From NCBI RefSeq assembly GCF_000400465.1, contig NW_008806282.1, positions 270,001-302,000 on the forward strand: 32,000 bases of DNA. The letters are read 5' to 3'. This document shows positions 1-10,603 of this stretch, one piece after another. The position numbers were made by a program, and so were the translations under genes. The notes under the pieces are model-generated. The model saw only the letters and a list, made by a program, of their open reading frames with translations. It made no database searches and was not told the DNA's origin. How positions within the stretch are numbered: position 1 is the stretch's first letter; each line of letters opens with the position of its first letter. This stretch comes from Wallemia ichthyophaga EXF-994 (taxonomy: Eukaryota > Fungi > Basidiomycota).

Positions 1-186
1 CATACTGTGTAAATATCATTAGCGTCGAAGCCACTATCATAGCTATAGCTACTTTACTCACGCTTCCTTCCTTATAAGCTGATCAAGAATTATAAAATAT
101 TTGCTTTCATAGAAAGATCTTCCGACGTGTTGTACCAGGCTCTTCAATCTCCTTTCATCCGTTTCGTTAGCAATCGCCGCGTGCAT
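1..186 (-). CDS. TFA1: Transcription factor TFIIE alpha subunit, 5' end (gene runs off the left edge of the window)
   Basis: Not in the ORF track. ATG at 186 reads MHAAIANETDERRLKSLVQHVGRSFYESKYFIILDQLIRKEA, then a GTGAGT...CTAAT...CAG intron (61-5). L-V-x-H-V-x-R-x-F-Y...I-L-D-Q-L matches the fungal TFIIE-alpha N-terminal winged helix as I recall it. Confidence 0.85.
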
Positions 187-326
187 AGACGATGATGGTT
201 TAAGATGATGAATTATTATCAATGACTTTGTATAATTACAAGATAGTTAAATAACATGTTTGATGAAATGACTGTCTGTTTTTAATAATATTATTAAGTG
301 AAAATAGAAACATAATGCCCAATAGC

Positions 327-3300
327 TTAGATTACTTGATTATTTTCGTTCCATCTGTCAAATATATCCATAGAGGCGCCAGCAAAGTTCTCGCCATTTT
401 GTGATTGTGGTCTTAAACTCTCGCTTGACCTCTTGCTGAGCGCGCTCAGTTGCCTTTTAACAGCTTTTTCCTTGATCAAGTTGGAAGGCTCGAGGTTCGC
501 GCTTGATCTGTTAGATGAACCTCCGTTCTGTTCAAATTGAGCAACGCGTCCTTTAACTGAGATTTGTTGACTCTTGTCAGACTCTGCCGATGGTGATGGT
601 AATGAGTTTGCAGCTGCATATCTCTTAAACGTATCAAAAGAGTATTCGTTTTGAGATGTATTCAATATCTTCGTTGGAGTTTCCAGTTCGACTTCCTCTT
701 CAATGTGTTGTTTACTCATCTCATCTGTTCTCATCGGATGGAGCTGTGGCATTGCAGCAGCTGCCTTGGATGCGGGTGACCAGAAAGATGGTGAGTTAGC
801 AACTTTGTTCGATGGAGACAATGGAAGTTCTTTCTCTTCGTGTTGCTCCATGAAAGTTGGTGAGAAAGGATCCTCAGATTTACGCTTAGCTTGACCATCC
901 TGGATCCTACCAACAGGCGATGGCTGAGCGCTGCGTCCTGATGGACTGCCGTTTACTTGTTCATGAGCACTGAGCTTGCCTTTATTTGAGCCGGGTGATA
1001 CTGGCAAGGGACGTCTACCATTTTGCTGTACTGTTGACTCGCGCTCTGAGTCCACATCATTTACAGGTGAGTTTAGATATGCTAGTGATGCTAAAACATC
1101 GCCACCAGACAAGTGTGATGCTCGTGATTGTGTTTGTGAGCGATCAAGAGGATCTTGAGCCATTTGTGGTATGCCGACAGAGTGGAGGTTGTGGAGGTGA
1201 TCTTCATCTTCCTCCTGCTCCTCAACTAGGTAAGGGTCTTCCTCCTCAGGAACAGGGACAGGCAAATCCTCCGCGGCATCGTTGTTCTCGGCCTCAGATG
1301 AATGACTGTAGTCGCGATTCAACTCTGATTCGTGATCAGCCTCAGCTTCGCGCTCAGCTAGATGCGCGACTTGCTCAGTCTCTTCAAGCTGAGGCCCCTC
1401 CTCCCGCAATGGCTCTTGACGATTAGTGTTTGGAAGAATCTCCACAGCTTCAGCGTCAACTTTGTCATTGTAATCCTCTTCACCCATCTCAAAGTCCCGA
1501 GCATCATGGAAGTCACCACCGGGACTGTGTATATCAAGTCTTGGGGTTTCTTCTACTACCTCATCGTGGCCATCGTTTGAGTCAGCCGGATTTTGATCAA
1601 TAGATGCTATATCGCTTTCCTCATGATCATCCTTGATGGCATTGAGAAGAGTTTCTCTTCTACTCTCAGCAAGTGAGGGACGTGAGGAAGGACGTGAAGT
1701 AGGGCGTGACATTTCCTCCTTATCCTCAGCATCGTGGGCTTTGACGGCAGGCTCACTGATGTCATTCTGATCGTCAAAGCTGATCTCGGAGCCGCTATCA
1801 TCAACTTCAGCCAAAGCGTCAGCGTCAGTATGAGAATCTTCAGTCATTTCTTGAGTGGTTTCCACGACTGTGCTGTCTTCAATGGCAGAAGTGTCTTCGT
1901 GAACGTTTGAAGATTCGATAGTGTCCTCGTGAATGTTTGAAGATTCAGTGGTGTCCTCATGAGTGTTTGAAGATTGATCTTGCTCAGCAGTGGTGTCGAT
2001 CTCATCTAAGGGTAGTGGTGATGGTGGCTTACCAGTCTTCCCTCGGCGAGACACTGAGGCATTGAACAAGGCTTCATCGATTACATCCATTTGTGAGATT
2101 CTTGGACCTGCTTCGCTGAAGATCGTGTTGCCGGTTTGTGCTTTCACGGAAGGTTGGGCGTGTAAAGCAGGTGGAGATATCTTAGCTGTGTTTCTCAGAG
2201 CATCTACCGTCTTGACATCGTCAGATGGGGACTTTACCCTCTCAATGTCTTGCTTGTGACGCTCGAGTGCTGCTGATTTGATAAGCTCTGCATCAGTAGG
2301 TGTCATGTTTGATGTGGTGGTCATTGGCATTGGTGTAGGTGGGTGTGCAGATGGAGGCGGATCAATAGACAAAAAGTTGATGAACCTGACTGGAAGCTCA
2401 ACTGATACGTCTCCTTTAGACAATGAACCTGCTACTCCGACTCTGAGGGTGTAGTGTACCTCAAGTAAGCGAGTACGAGGAATGGTAAGTGCATCAGACT
2501 AAATTGTTAGTTAGTCATGCAAAGGCTTCAAAAATAGCACTAACAGGAACCTGCAATGATGAAGAGAACTCTAATTGTTCACCAGAATCGACACCTCTAA
2601 ACCATCCCTTAGCAGTAACGTGACCAGACGTTCCCTTTGAACCGATTTCAAGCTTTTCCTCAGCAATTCTTTTCGTATTTGTTGTCGTTTGACATGCATC
2701 CAAATCATCTCCCACCATGAGAGATGCGTATGGTCGAGGTTTGTACGCAACAATTGTCCTATTGAGGGACAAACTGACTGATTTGATCTGCATTACTTGT
2801 CAGGTGTGTGAGTTAAAAGGGAACTTGAGAACATACCCTCTTGCTGCTGTTGTTATCAATCGTAATCATGACGTAGCAACGCTGACCAGCAACCCAGTGT
2901 GGACGATGGACACTAGCTGTGAGATTTATTGGACCTTTACCTCCAAGGAACAATGGCTTGGACGCTGTTTGCATTATTGGAACTGGTGCGGGCGCCAAGA
3001 CGCTTGATGGAGAAAGGAGAGGGTAGATGGTTACATATCTGTAGAAATGAGCGATAGAACGGTCGCTAGATGTGCTGTTTTTGAGATGAATAGAGCTGTG
3101 ATTGGGTTAGAGAGATTTATGACTTAGTAGTCAACTTACCCAATCACAATATATCTGATGAAACCAGGTTTTGATTTCAAGGGGCCCTTTGCACCACCTC
3201 CGATCGGCAATTTGATTTTGAATGGAAGAGATAATCTGTTTTCTTTGCTTCTACCTCTCTTTGTACTAACTCCGCGGTAGTAACCTTCATCGTCTGGCAG

Positions 3301-5292
3301 GCCGTATCCAGGTGGAGGATAAAAATCGACAGGAGCGTCATGGTGGAAGAAGACATGGCGTGTTTCGTCGGCGTGAAGATCTAGAACTAGGGTCAGCACT
3401 TTACTTTGCTATTAGGTATACTAACCTTCGAATCCAACAACTCGAACCTTGCCATTACCCCACCAAACTTTGTCATTTGCCAATTTAACATCCATGCGAC
3501 CTCCAAGGACACCACCTTCGACTACGGCTTCACTATCAAGAACAAGATCGACCACAGCTCTAGATCTAGTGCGCGACTGTTCCAGATTGATTTGGTGTGA
3601 ACTACTGCTAAATTTGCTTCCTGAGAGAACAGCTCTCAATTCCCTGGCGGTCCTAGCAGGTGAAGTAGAGGTATTTAGTAGGGTGGTTTGTCTAAGCAAA
3701 TCACCTTGTGATCGTGCCTTTTGAATTTTCTTGCTATGTTGAGCAACAACTTTGTTCGAGACCGGTGCAGCGTCCAATCTCGCGGAAGCCGGTGGATCGA
3801 CGGCACCAGTAGTTGTGGAGCAAGACGAGTTTGACGGTGTGACAAAACCACCCTTCTGCAAGTCAAATTTAACGGCGCCACCGCCTCTCTCTGCATGTGC
3901 AAGGCCTTTCATACCTCTTGACGACCTAATGTCTACGCCATTTGATCCTATTGAGCTAGCGTTCAAAGAAAAATTCGAGCCTGATCTGACGTTAACCTTC
4001 GGTGCATATGGGAATTCAGTGGACGACGGTGGCTTCGACAAGAAGTCTAAGTGGGCGTACTTCAACATTGATGCATTTTCTGGCGATATTGTCGATGATG
4101 TGTTTTTTCTAGATGGTGACATAACTGCCTGTTGCGCTGATACAGATCTTTTAAATTTTTCAGGTTGCTTGTCTTTAATCTCAGGTTGGATTGTCTGCGA
4201 GATACTCATCACGGAAGCTTGTGGTTGATTGTGAGGGTTGTGTGGCATGGTCTGTGAACGCTTTCTGACTGGAATCTGATCTCTGTCTGTTGGTCCTTTG
4301 CCCACTCGCTCAGGAGCTTGTTCACTTTCATCGACAGCGACTTTCGAAGATGTTCTCGGCGGAAGTCCGCTCTGGTCAGTGGTGTGTGACTTTTGTGAGT
4401 GCTCTGTCTTGTGCGTGTGATCGGACTTGTTTGAAAATTCAGATTTACGCGACTTGTGAGAGTACTCGGACTTGTTATCAGATTTGACATGCTCTTGTTG
4501 ATGCACAAGTGGAACATGTGCATTTTTATTCTCTTCTTTACCTTCACTGTTTTCATCCGCCTTATCAATCAATTCCTCGTCCTTCTTTTCCTGCTTTAGA
4601 TTTTTCTGGACGGTCGTGTCAAGGGATGTTGTTGAAGCAGATGGATTGGTTACGCGCAAAGCATTCTTTGGTGAATGCTCTAAATGAGGTGTACCAGATG
4701 AAGAGTTGGAGTGTTTGTATATCCCCATTCGTTGTAGCTTGCGATTGACAAGATCGAGGTCATTACTTGCTTCACTGTTGTGTGACTCTCCCCTTTCCAT
4801 GACAATAGCTTCCGCTTTTTCAAACTCATTCCGCTTTTGAACATGTTCTTGGTGCTTGTTTGGGTTTTGTTCATGGAAAGACAGTAACGCCTCTGATTGT
4901 GGAGAAATGATTCTCACTGTCTTAGAAGGGGAATTAGAGCGAGAATTGTTAACGCTTTGTCCTAAAATAACGCGTCAGATATTTTTCCATAGGCGACAAC
5001 AAGACATACCATCGAGATCCTTGGAATCGCGCAGGCCAGCTGCAGATGAGGCCGAAGGAGGTGGGCGTGGACCTTTAATGGGGCTGCCTGAACGTTTCTG
5101 TGGATTTGATTGGGCGACCTCGGTAGGAATGTCATCATCATCGACTTGAGGACTAAAGTGAATACCAAGGACATTGCTACGTCTGTCGCTGCTGTTGGCA
5201 GAGCCCAAGCTTGAGCCCAAGCTTAAAGCACGCGTGTAGCGTCTACGCGTAGGCTGGGGGTCTTGAGTTGGATTCAAGTGCTCGTTATTCAT
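327..5292 (-). CDS. Large arrestin-fold (alpha-arrestin-like) protein, about 1577 aa, 6 exons
   Basis: Exons 5292-5010, 4961-3426, 3380-3140, 3095-2837, 2787-2545, 2498-327 splice in frame (4734 nt) with canonical 44-49 nt introns. The central region (VVEGGVLGGRMDV...LPFKIKLP...IRYIVIGSI...SIAHFYR...INLTASVHRPHWVAGQRCYVMITIDNNSSKRIKSVSLSL...YTLRVGV...VSVELPVRFINFLSIDPPP) has arrestin N/C beta-sandwich character and is flanked by long low-complexity tails. Confidence 0.8.
1891..1980 (-). repeat. Coding minisatellite, 3 x 30 bp (10-aa unit, approx. SSN[TIV]HEDT[TIS]E)
   Basis: Plus-strand units gtgtcttcgtgaacgtttgaagattcgata / gtgtcctcgtgaatgtttgaagattcagtg / gtgtcctcatgagtgtttgaagattgatct, encoding QSSNTHEDTTESSNIHEDTIESSNVHEDT in the arrestin C-tail. 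Confidence 0.9.
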
Positions 5293-5431
5293 TGGATCTT
5301 TAATTGGCGATGGTGGTGAACGGGATCTAAGTCTGGAATTATTTGAGCTAGAATACTTTCTGATAGCTTTAATCTTGAATTGTTTTTAGAAAGGAAAGAG
5401 ATGAAACCGCGTACGCTAAGCTAAATGGGTG

Positions 5432-6011
5432 ATGGCACGTACGCTTCCGAAAAGAGTAAGTGGATTTCTTAATCAAGTAAGTGTGAAAATAAACGCGTCG
5501 TATCTCAATTTATCCCATTTATCCAATTTATATAAATCATGTAATCATCGATGTTGCGTGCCAGCCTTCAAAATTCAGCTCACACTCACAGAAGCAAAGA
5601 ACATTTTGAAGCTGAGTGGTACGCCCAGTGCAGCAGATATCACTTCTCAGTACAAGAAGCTGGCCTTGAAGTTGGTTGGCGTGTTTTCGCAACTCATTTC
5701 TGACTCTATGGCACAGGTATCACCCTGATAAGAATCCAGGAAAGCAACAAGAAGCTTGCGAGGACTTTAGAAAGCTAGTGCAAGCAGTACAAGTTTTATC
5801 AACGTCGATATCAACCTCATCCGACTCATCTGATAAGCCATCTTTCGACTTTACCACCGTTTTTAAGGATACGCCGTTTTTTAACTCGTACATGCAAGAT
5901 TTCAGCTTTATACCACCCCTGCAGCCATCGCAGGAGGGCCCTACAAAGCACGCGTCTGCCTTTCGGTGGTACGACCCTAAGCCAAAACTGCACAAGGACA
6001 GACGCGGATAG
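5432..6011 (+). CDS. Small type-III J-domain (DnaJ/Hsp40) protein; start codon uncertain
   Basis: LTLTEAKNILKLSGTPSAADITSQYKKLALK, intron 5671-5716 (GTTGGT...CTGAC...CAG), then YHPDKNPGKQQEACEDFRKLVQAVQVLST with the HPD motif intact; stop at 6009-6011. The only in-frame ATG is 5432, so the 5' end is unresolved. Confidence 0.75.
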
Positions 6012-6104
6012 TGATATGGATATGTATTTGGTTAGAAATTGTATTCAATTATTGAGTTATTTCAAGTTTCAGAAAATATTCAGGTAAAAGTGAAAAGATT
6101 ACAG

Positions 6105-8452
6105 TTACATATTGCAGCAATTCTTGTCATCGACTTGAGCAGCCTCCTCAGCCAGTCTTGACTTGGCATCTTTTGTAGATGGGACATCCAGAGCTGGATT
6201 CCTGGCAAAGTAGTTGGATGGCTTGAGGTGTACCTTAACTGTTTCGACAGGCATAATTGGCCAATCCTCTGGTCTGACTACGTGATTGGCACCAAATGTC
6301 ACCCAGGTTACAATGTCTTCATTCTTGACACTCTCATCTTTAGCCATCCAGTCTGTCAGTGCAAACTGTTCACCGCCCTCGCATTGATTCACATACATCC
6401 CAGATGGATATAGAGTCGAATCTTGGTACTTTGTCACGTGTAGATGATGTCTGGCAAAAGGTGCTCGGTTGTACAACATCGATCCTTCCTTTGCAAACAT
6501 CGTAGCAAAGTTGCCGGACATGATCTTATATCCGACGTTATTACCCGATGAATAGTGCTGCTTGTTTGGATTCTCTATGGTCCACGTACGAGACTTGTTG
6601 GCATCATAATCTGATATCGCGTTTTTACTTGTGGTGAAAATCTTCTTCTCAGTGTGGAAACCATTGCCATAGTAGTTGGTAGGGCCACCAACATCATCCT
6701 CATCTGGTACTATGTCAGTTTGAACTACCTGATTACTCTGTCCGTCAATCATCGAATCGATTCTGAGTGAAAAGAGATGCTGATGGAATGGTGCTGCGAT
6801 TCTAGGCGCTACCTCCGTCTCAATTGATTTGTTCCGTGGCTCATTTGGGGCCATTGCTGTTACGTTGACTATACCAGTGAGCTTAATCTCTAATTCAATC
6901 GTGCCGTCTAATCCCAGTGACCAATAGAATCCATACTCATAATTGGCAACAGTGCAGACATTTGAGATAATCAATTTACGGTTGCGTGCAACATGGACCT
7001 TCAAGTCACGGAAATCGGTGTGTTTGTGAAGTATACCAGCATCTTCTTCGTGGATGCAGATAGCAGATTTGGTTGTCTTAGATTCACCTGAACGCTTGAC
7101 GAAATCGGCATCCATATAACTGATAGACCCGAGACAGTCACAGCCAAGTGAGAGGCTGTTTGAGAGTGCACCAATACCATATTCGCCTAGAAGATGTTAG
7201 ATGGTTGGTAGTGAGAATAGCTAACGCACCTGTGTCAAATGCGTGCTTGCGATGACCAGGAAATTTGCTTATGCCATATGGAACAACCATCTCAGCAATG
7301 CTAAGACGGTAGAAGAGGGGTCTGATAGTGCCATTGTCGTCATAAGTGACGTTATTCAGGACAAGCCCATCGCTGTGGGGGTAAATGAGTGGATGAAACG
7401 AAAATGCTCTGCGTATACTCACCGGTAATTGAATCCCAAGTGCAAGCTCCAGTTTTGCCACCTAATAATGCGACCATCGATGCTGTAGCTGACACCATCG
7501 GGCTGCCGAAAATTAAAACACCCCTCTATCATCACAAATGGGGCTCACCTGCGTGACATGAATGGGCTTCAGACCCTCCCTCGGTTTAAAGGTTGGATCG
7601 TCTTGCTTGATTTGCTCAGGAAGGTAGTTCTGATTGGTAGATGGAGGTGGAAACCGTAACTTGCGGGGTCTTTCGCTGTTATCTTTGGCGGATGATGGTG
7701 GAGGGGCTTCGCCTTCGTCTGAGTTGAGTGGTGGATAGTCAATTGTAAGAAGTTGGCCTGTGTGGCTGTCGAACACAGGGACGAAATCGATCGGATGCGC
7801 GTACAACGAGTCGCCAGGTCTTGATCTAGCGAACATAAGGCACTGTATAAAAATGTGAGCGCTATCTTGTTTCCAAATATATACTCTTCCTACCTGCTGC
7901 AAACGGCGACCTGGGAAACGCTCGTCGATTGAGATACACCAACCGTCACAGAAAAGCATTTCAGGATCCACGCCAACTTGCTTCACAGCCTCAATAATCT
8001 TTGCGTTGGATTTTGCCCATTGTTCCGCCTGATTGAGTTCTTCGACTAGGAGAGATGGCTGCTGATCCTTGTCCAAGCATTTCCACTTGACAACCTGCGC
8101 TTTAGAGATAGCTTTGCCGCCTTCAATGTTGGTAGGCAGGTTAACGACGCCTTCCCAAGCAGTCTGTGTCTTGCCATCGAGGAAAATGACCTTTACGCTG
8201 TTAGCAAGATAGGGGTAAAATCATCACAAAAATCACCTCAGCTTGGCGTGCGATAGGGAACGCAGTCTGCTCATAGCCTAGCCATGATAGTACTAGGTGC
8301 TTTGGTGGCTCAATCAAGGTGACAGTGTTGAATTGGATCGACTGCGGCTTTATGCCCTCATTGAGCTCATCTACAAATTGTCTTGTAGCTTGCGTGGCAC
8401 TTTCGATTTCAACCGTGCTAAGCGGATCGAGTGGGTGGTTTGAGTTGGTCAT
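6105..8452 (-). CDS. Copper amine oxidase (TPQ-dependent), about 703 aa, 6 exons
   Basis: Introns 8236-8191, 7893-7843, 7548-7503, 7422-7373, 7229-7187 give a 2112-nt in-frame CDS. Motifs: HPLDPLS N-terminus, HAFDTGEYG (catalytic Asp), VANYEY (TPQ precursor Asn-Tyr-Glu), HQH copper ligands and NHVVRPEDWPIMP (third His). Confidence 0.97.
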
Positions 8453-8497
8453 TGTCGTTAGGAACGGAGTGTATCAGTTGAGCCGAATGACTTAATC

Positions 8498-8568
8498 TGA
8501 TAACACGTGATTTATAAATAGCGCAATTATAAATTAAAACAAAATGAGATAGTCCATTGATAAGATAA
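8498..8568 (-). promoter_or_regulatory. Candidate amine oxidase promoter: four HGATAR sites, a CACGTG E-box and a TATA box
   Basis: TGATAA 8498-8503, AGATAG 8547-8552, TGATAA 8558-8563, AGATAA 8563-8568; CACGTG 8504-8509; TATAAA on the minus strand at 8516-8511, about 60 bp upstream of the ATG at 8452. Confidence 0.45.
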
Positions 8569-8636
8569 GACACAAGCAAGCAAGAGTACAAGAAGATTAT
8601 TAAAGAATAAACTAAGCTATTCATATATGCTCCTTT

Positions 8637-10025
8637 TTAATTGAAGCTATTTGATGAGTTTGAGTGTGATAGTGATGGCTGTGAATCGTTAGGATGGCAG
8701 AATGTAAGGTTCCTCAAGTCGACTAAATCTTCCGAGAATGGATCGAATGATGGTTTTCTCTGTGTTGACATAACCTTGGATGCGCTATTTTGTACATTGA
8801 ACACGTCCTCAAATAAAGGATTGTAGTGGAAGCCACCATTTGTGCGACCTAATGATTCGTAGCTCTGTGAGTGCTTCAATTGTGGTGTTTGTAACTGTGG
8901 CAGTGGTGCCTTGTTGAAAGCGGTTTCGACGATATCATTCCTGATTGTTGAGTTCATATAATTCATGCTTGTGCTATTTTTAAGACCATGCTTTGACCCC
9001 GTGGCGTATTTTTTGAAATCTTTCTGTGATTGACTGTCTGCAAATCTAACCTGCAATGGGAGATCAGACCCAGGAAGCGACATACCGTGGAGTTTATCGA
9101 TGAAGAAGCTGGCCGTATGTCTATCCTTGACTCTAACGAATCCTACACCTCTCGATTCGCCTGTTCCACTTTTCAAAACCCTCATTGACTGAATATTCGC
9201 TGGATAAAAGAGCAAAGACAACTTGCCGTCATTCATATCTAGAGGCAAGTTGGATAAGTAAAGATTTGTAGACTCCTCGTCTTCTAATCTTCTCAATCTA
9301 GCGGTGAAGCTCTCTTGTTTTGCAAAGGCAGCGTTGACGCCTTTGCTATTTAATGCAATGATAGCTGCATGAGCATCTAATGTGCTGACGAATTGCACGA
9401 AACCGTAACCTTTACATGCCTTCTTGTTTGGCTGCATGATCACCCGGGCGCTGCTGACGCGTCCATATAAGTCGACAGCTTTTTGCAGCTCTTCTGGAGT
9501 TGTAAGGGGAGATAGTCCTTGTATGAATACATTGGAGGTACTGAATTATAGCGTGATTATGAGTGAAGTCATTCCAAGTAAATCTACTGTGTAACTCACT
9601 TGAGTGGGTTATCCAAAGAAGGGTTATTGAGGATAGCTGATTAGCTTTAGTTAATTACGGCGGCCTTTGCTTATCGCCGCAACTTACCTTTTTTGTCAAC
9701 CGGTTTTGGCTTAGTGGTGTTGACGAATGGGTAACTGACGCAACTTTGTGTGTTTGCAAGGCTATTCTGGGTCTCTGTGTATGAATATGGGAATACGGCT
9801 TTGTAGAAGGACTAAAGAGAGTTAGTTTTTGCATGTTTGCTGAAACGATTCTCATACGTTTGTGGTATCTGGTAGACTAAGGCTGCGTTTGTCGCTAATG
9901 CGTGGCTCAAGGATATCGTTAATGTTGCTGCTGCTTTTGCTGTTGCTGTTGCCGTTGCTGCTGCTATCAAGAGCACTGAAGCCCATTGAGTTGAATGCAG
10001 CTACAAGTTCTTCATTGTAACTCAT
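8637..10025 (-). CDS. Tandem-RRM RNA-binding protein, RBMS/MSSP-like, about 410 aa, 4 exons
   Basis: ATG 10025 (MSYNEELVAAF); introns 9857-9812, 9687-9637, 9599-9541 keep the frame (1233 nt). RRM1: TSNVFIQGLS...CKGYGFVQF. RRM2: STNLYLSNLP...SRGVGFVR...LQVRFAD, typical of the RBMS/MSSP family. Confidence 0.85.
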
Positions 10026-10603
10026 TGCTAATTGGATGTTCGTAATGAAGATGTCAGTTTCAGCCGACTTGGTATGGCTTCAATTTGTGGATGTGGTTTG
10101 GCTGAAGGAACAGGCAATTACCCGACTGGGGTTTTAATATACCGATTTGTAAAATCACAAAACAGCCAAATATCTGCTTATAAGGCCAAGAAACTTCACA
10201 ATGCGACCCACGTCTTCCGTTGAGCTGCAATATCAAACACGCTTATCGAAGTGATGTAACAAACATTAGGTTTACTTGTCAATATAGAGCCAGATTGCAG
10301 CCTATAAGGTTATTAAGACTGTAAAATTGCAGATCTGCTCTGTAAGTTGTGGTTGGTTGGCTCGATAGATGGTATCAAGTAAGTACACAACACCCCCATA
10401 TAAGACAACATGCATGCAAAATATACCTCAACACACTTTAAGCTCACACATAATTCATATACTCTCTATTAATATACTTCAGCATCTCGGGCGATCAGTC
10501 ATATGCATGTCGTGAAATTTTTAGCTCGATTTAACTCAATTATGTTGGGCATTAATATAATGGTTCAGCAATGATACAGTTCTCGTCTCTATTATCCCTC
10601 CTA

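Noticed and set aside
986-1426. 146-aa plus-strand ORF, plus 3752-4228, 1990-2259, 14488-14778, 11756-12022 and similar
   Set aside because: These are antisense shadows of real low-complexity coding regions, with no independent domain, splice or start-context support.
6108-6119. CaaX prenylation motif (CCNM) on the amine oxidase
   Set aside because: The a2 position is Asn, which is unfavourable, and prenylation is not known for this enzyme family.
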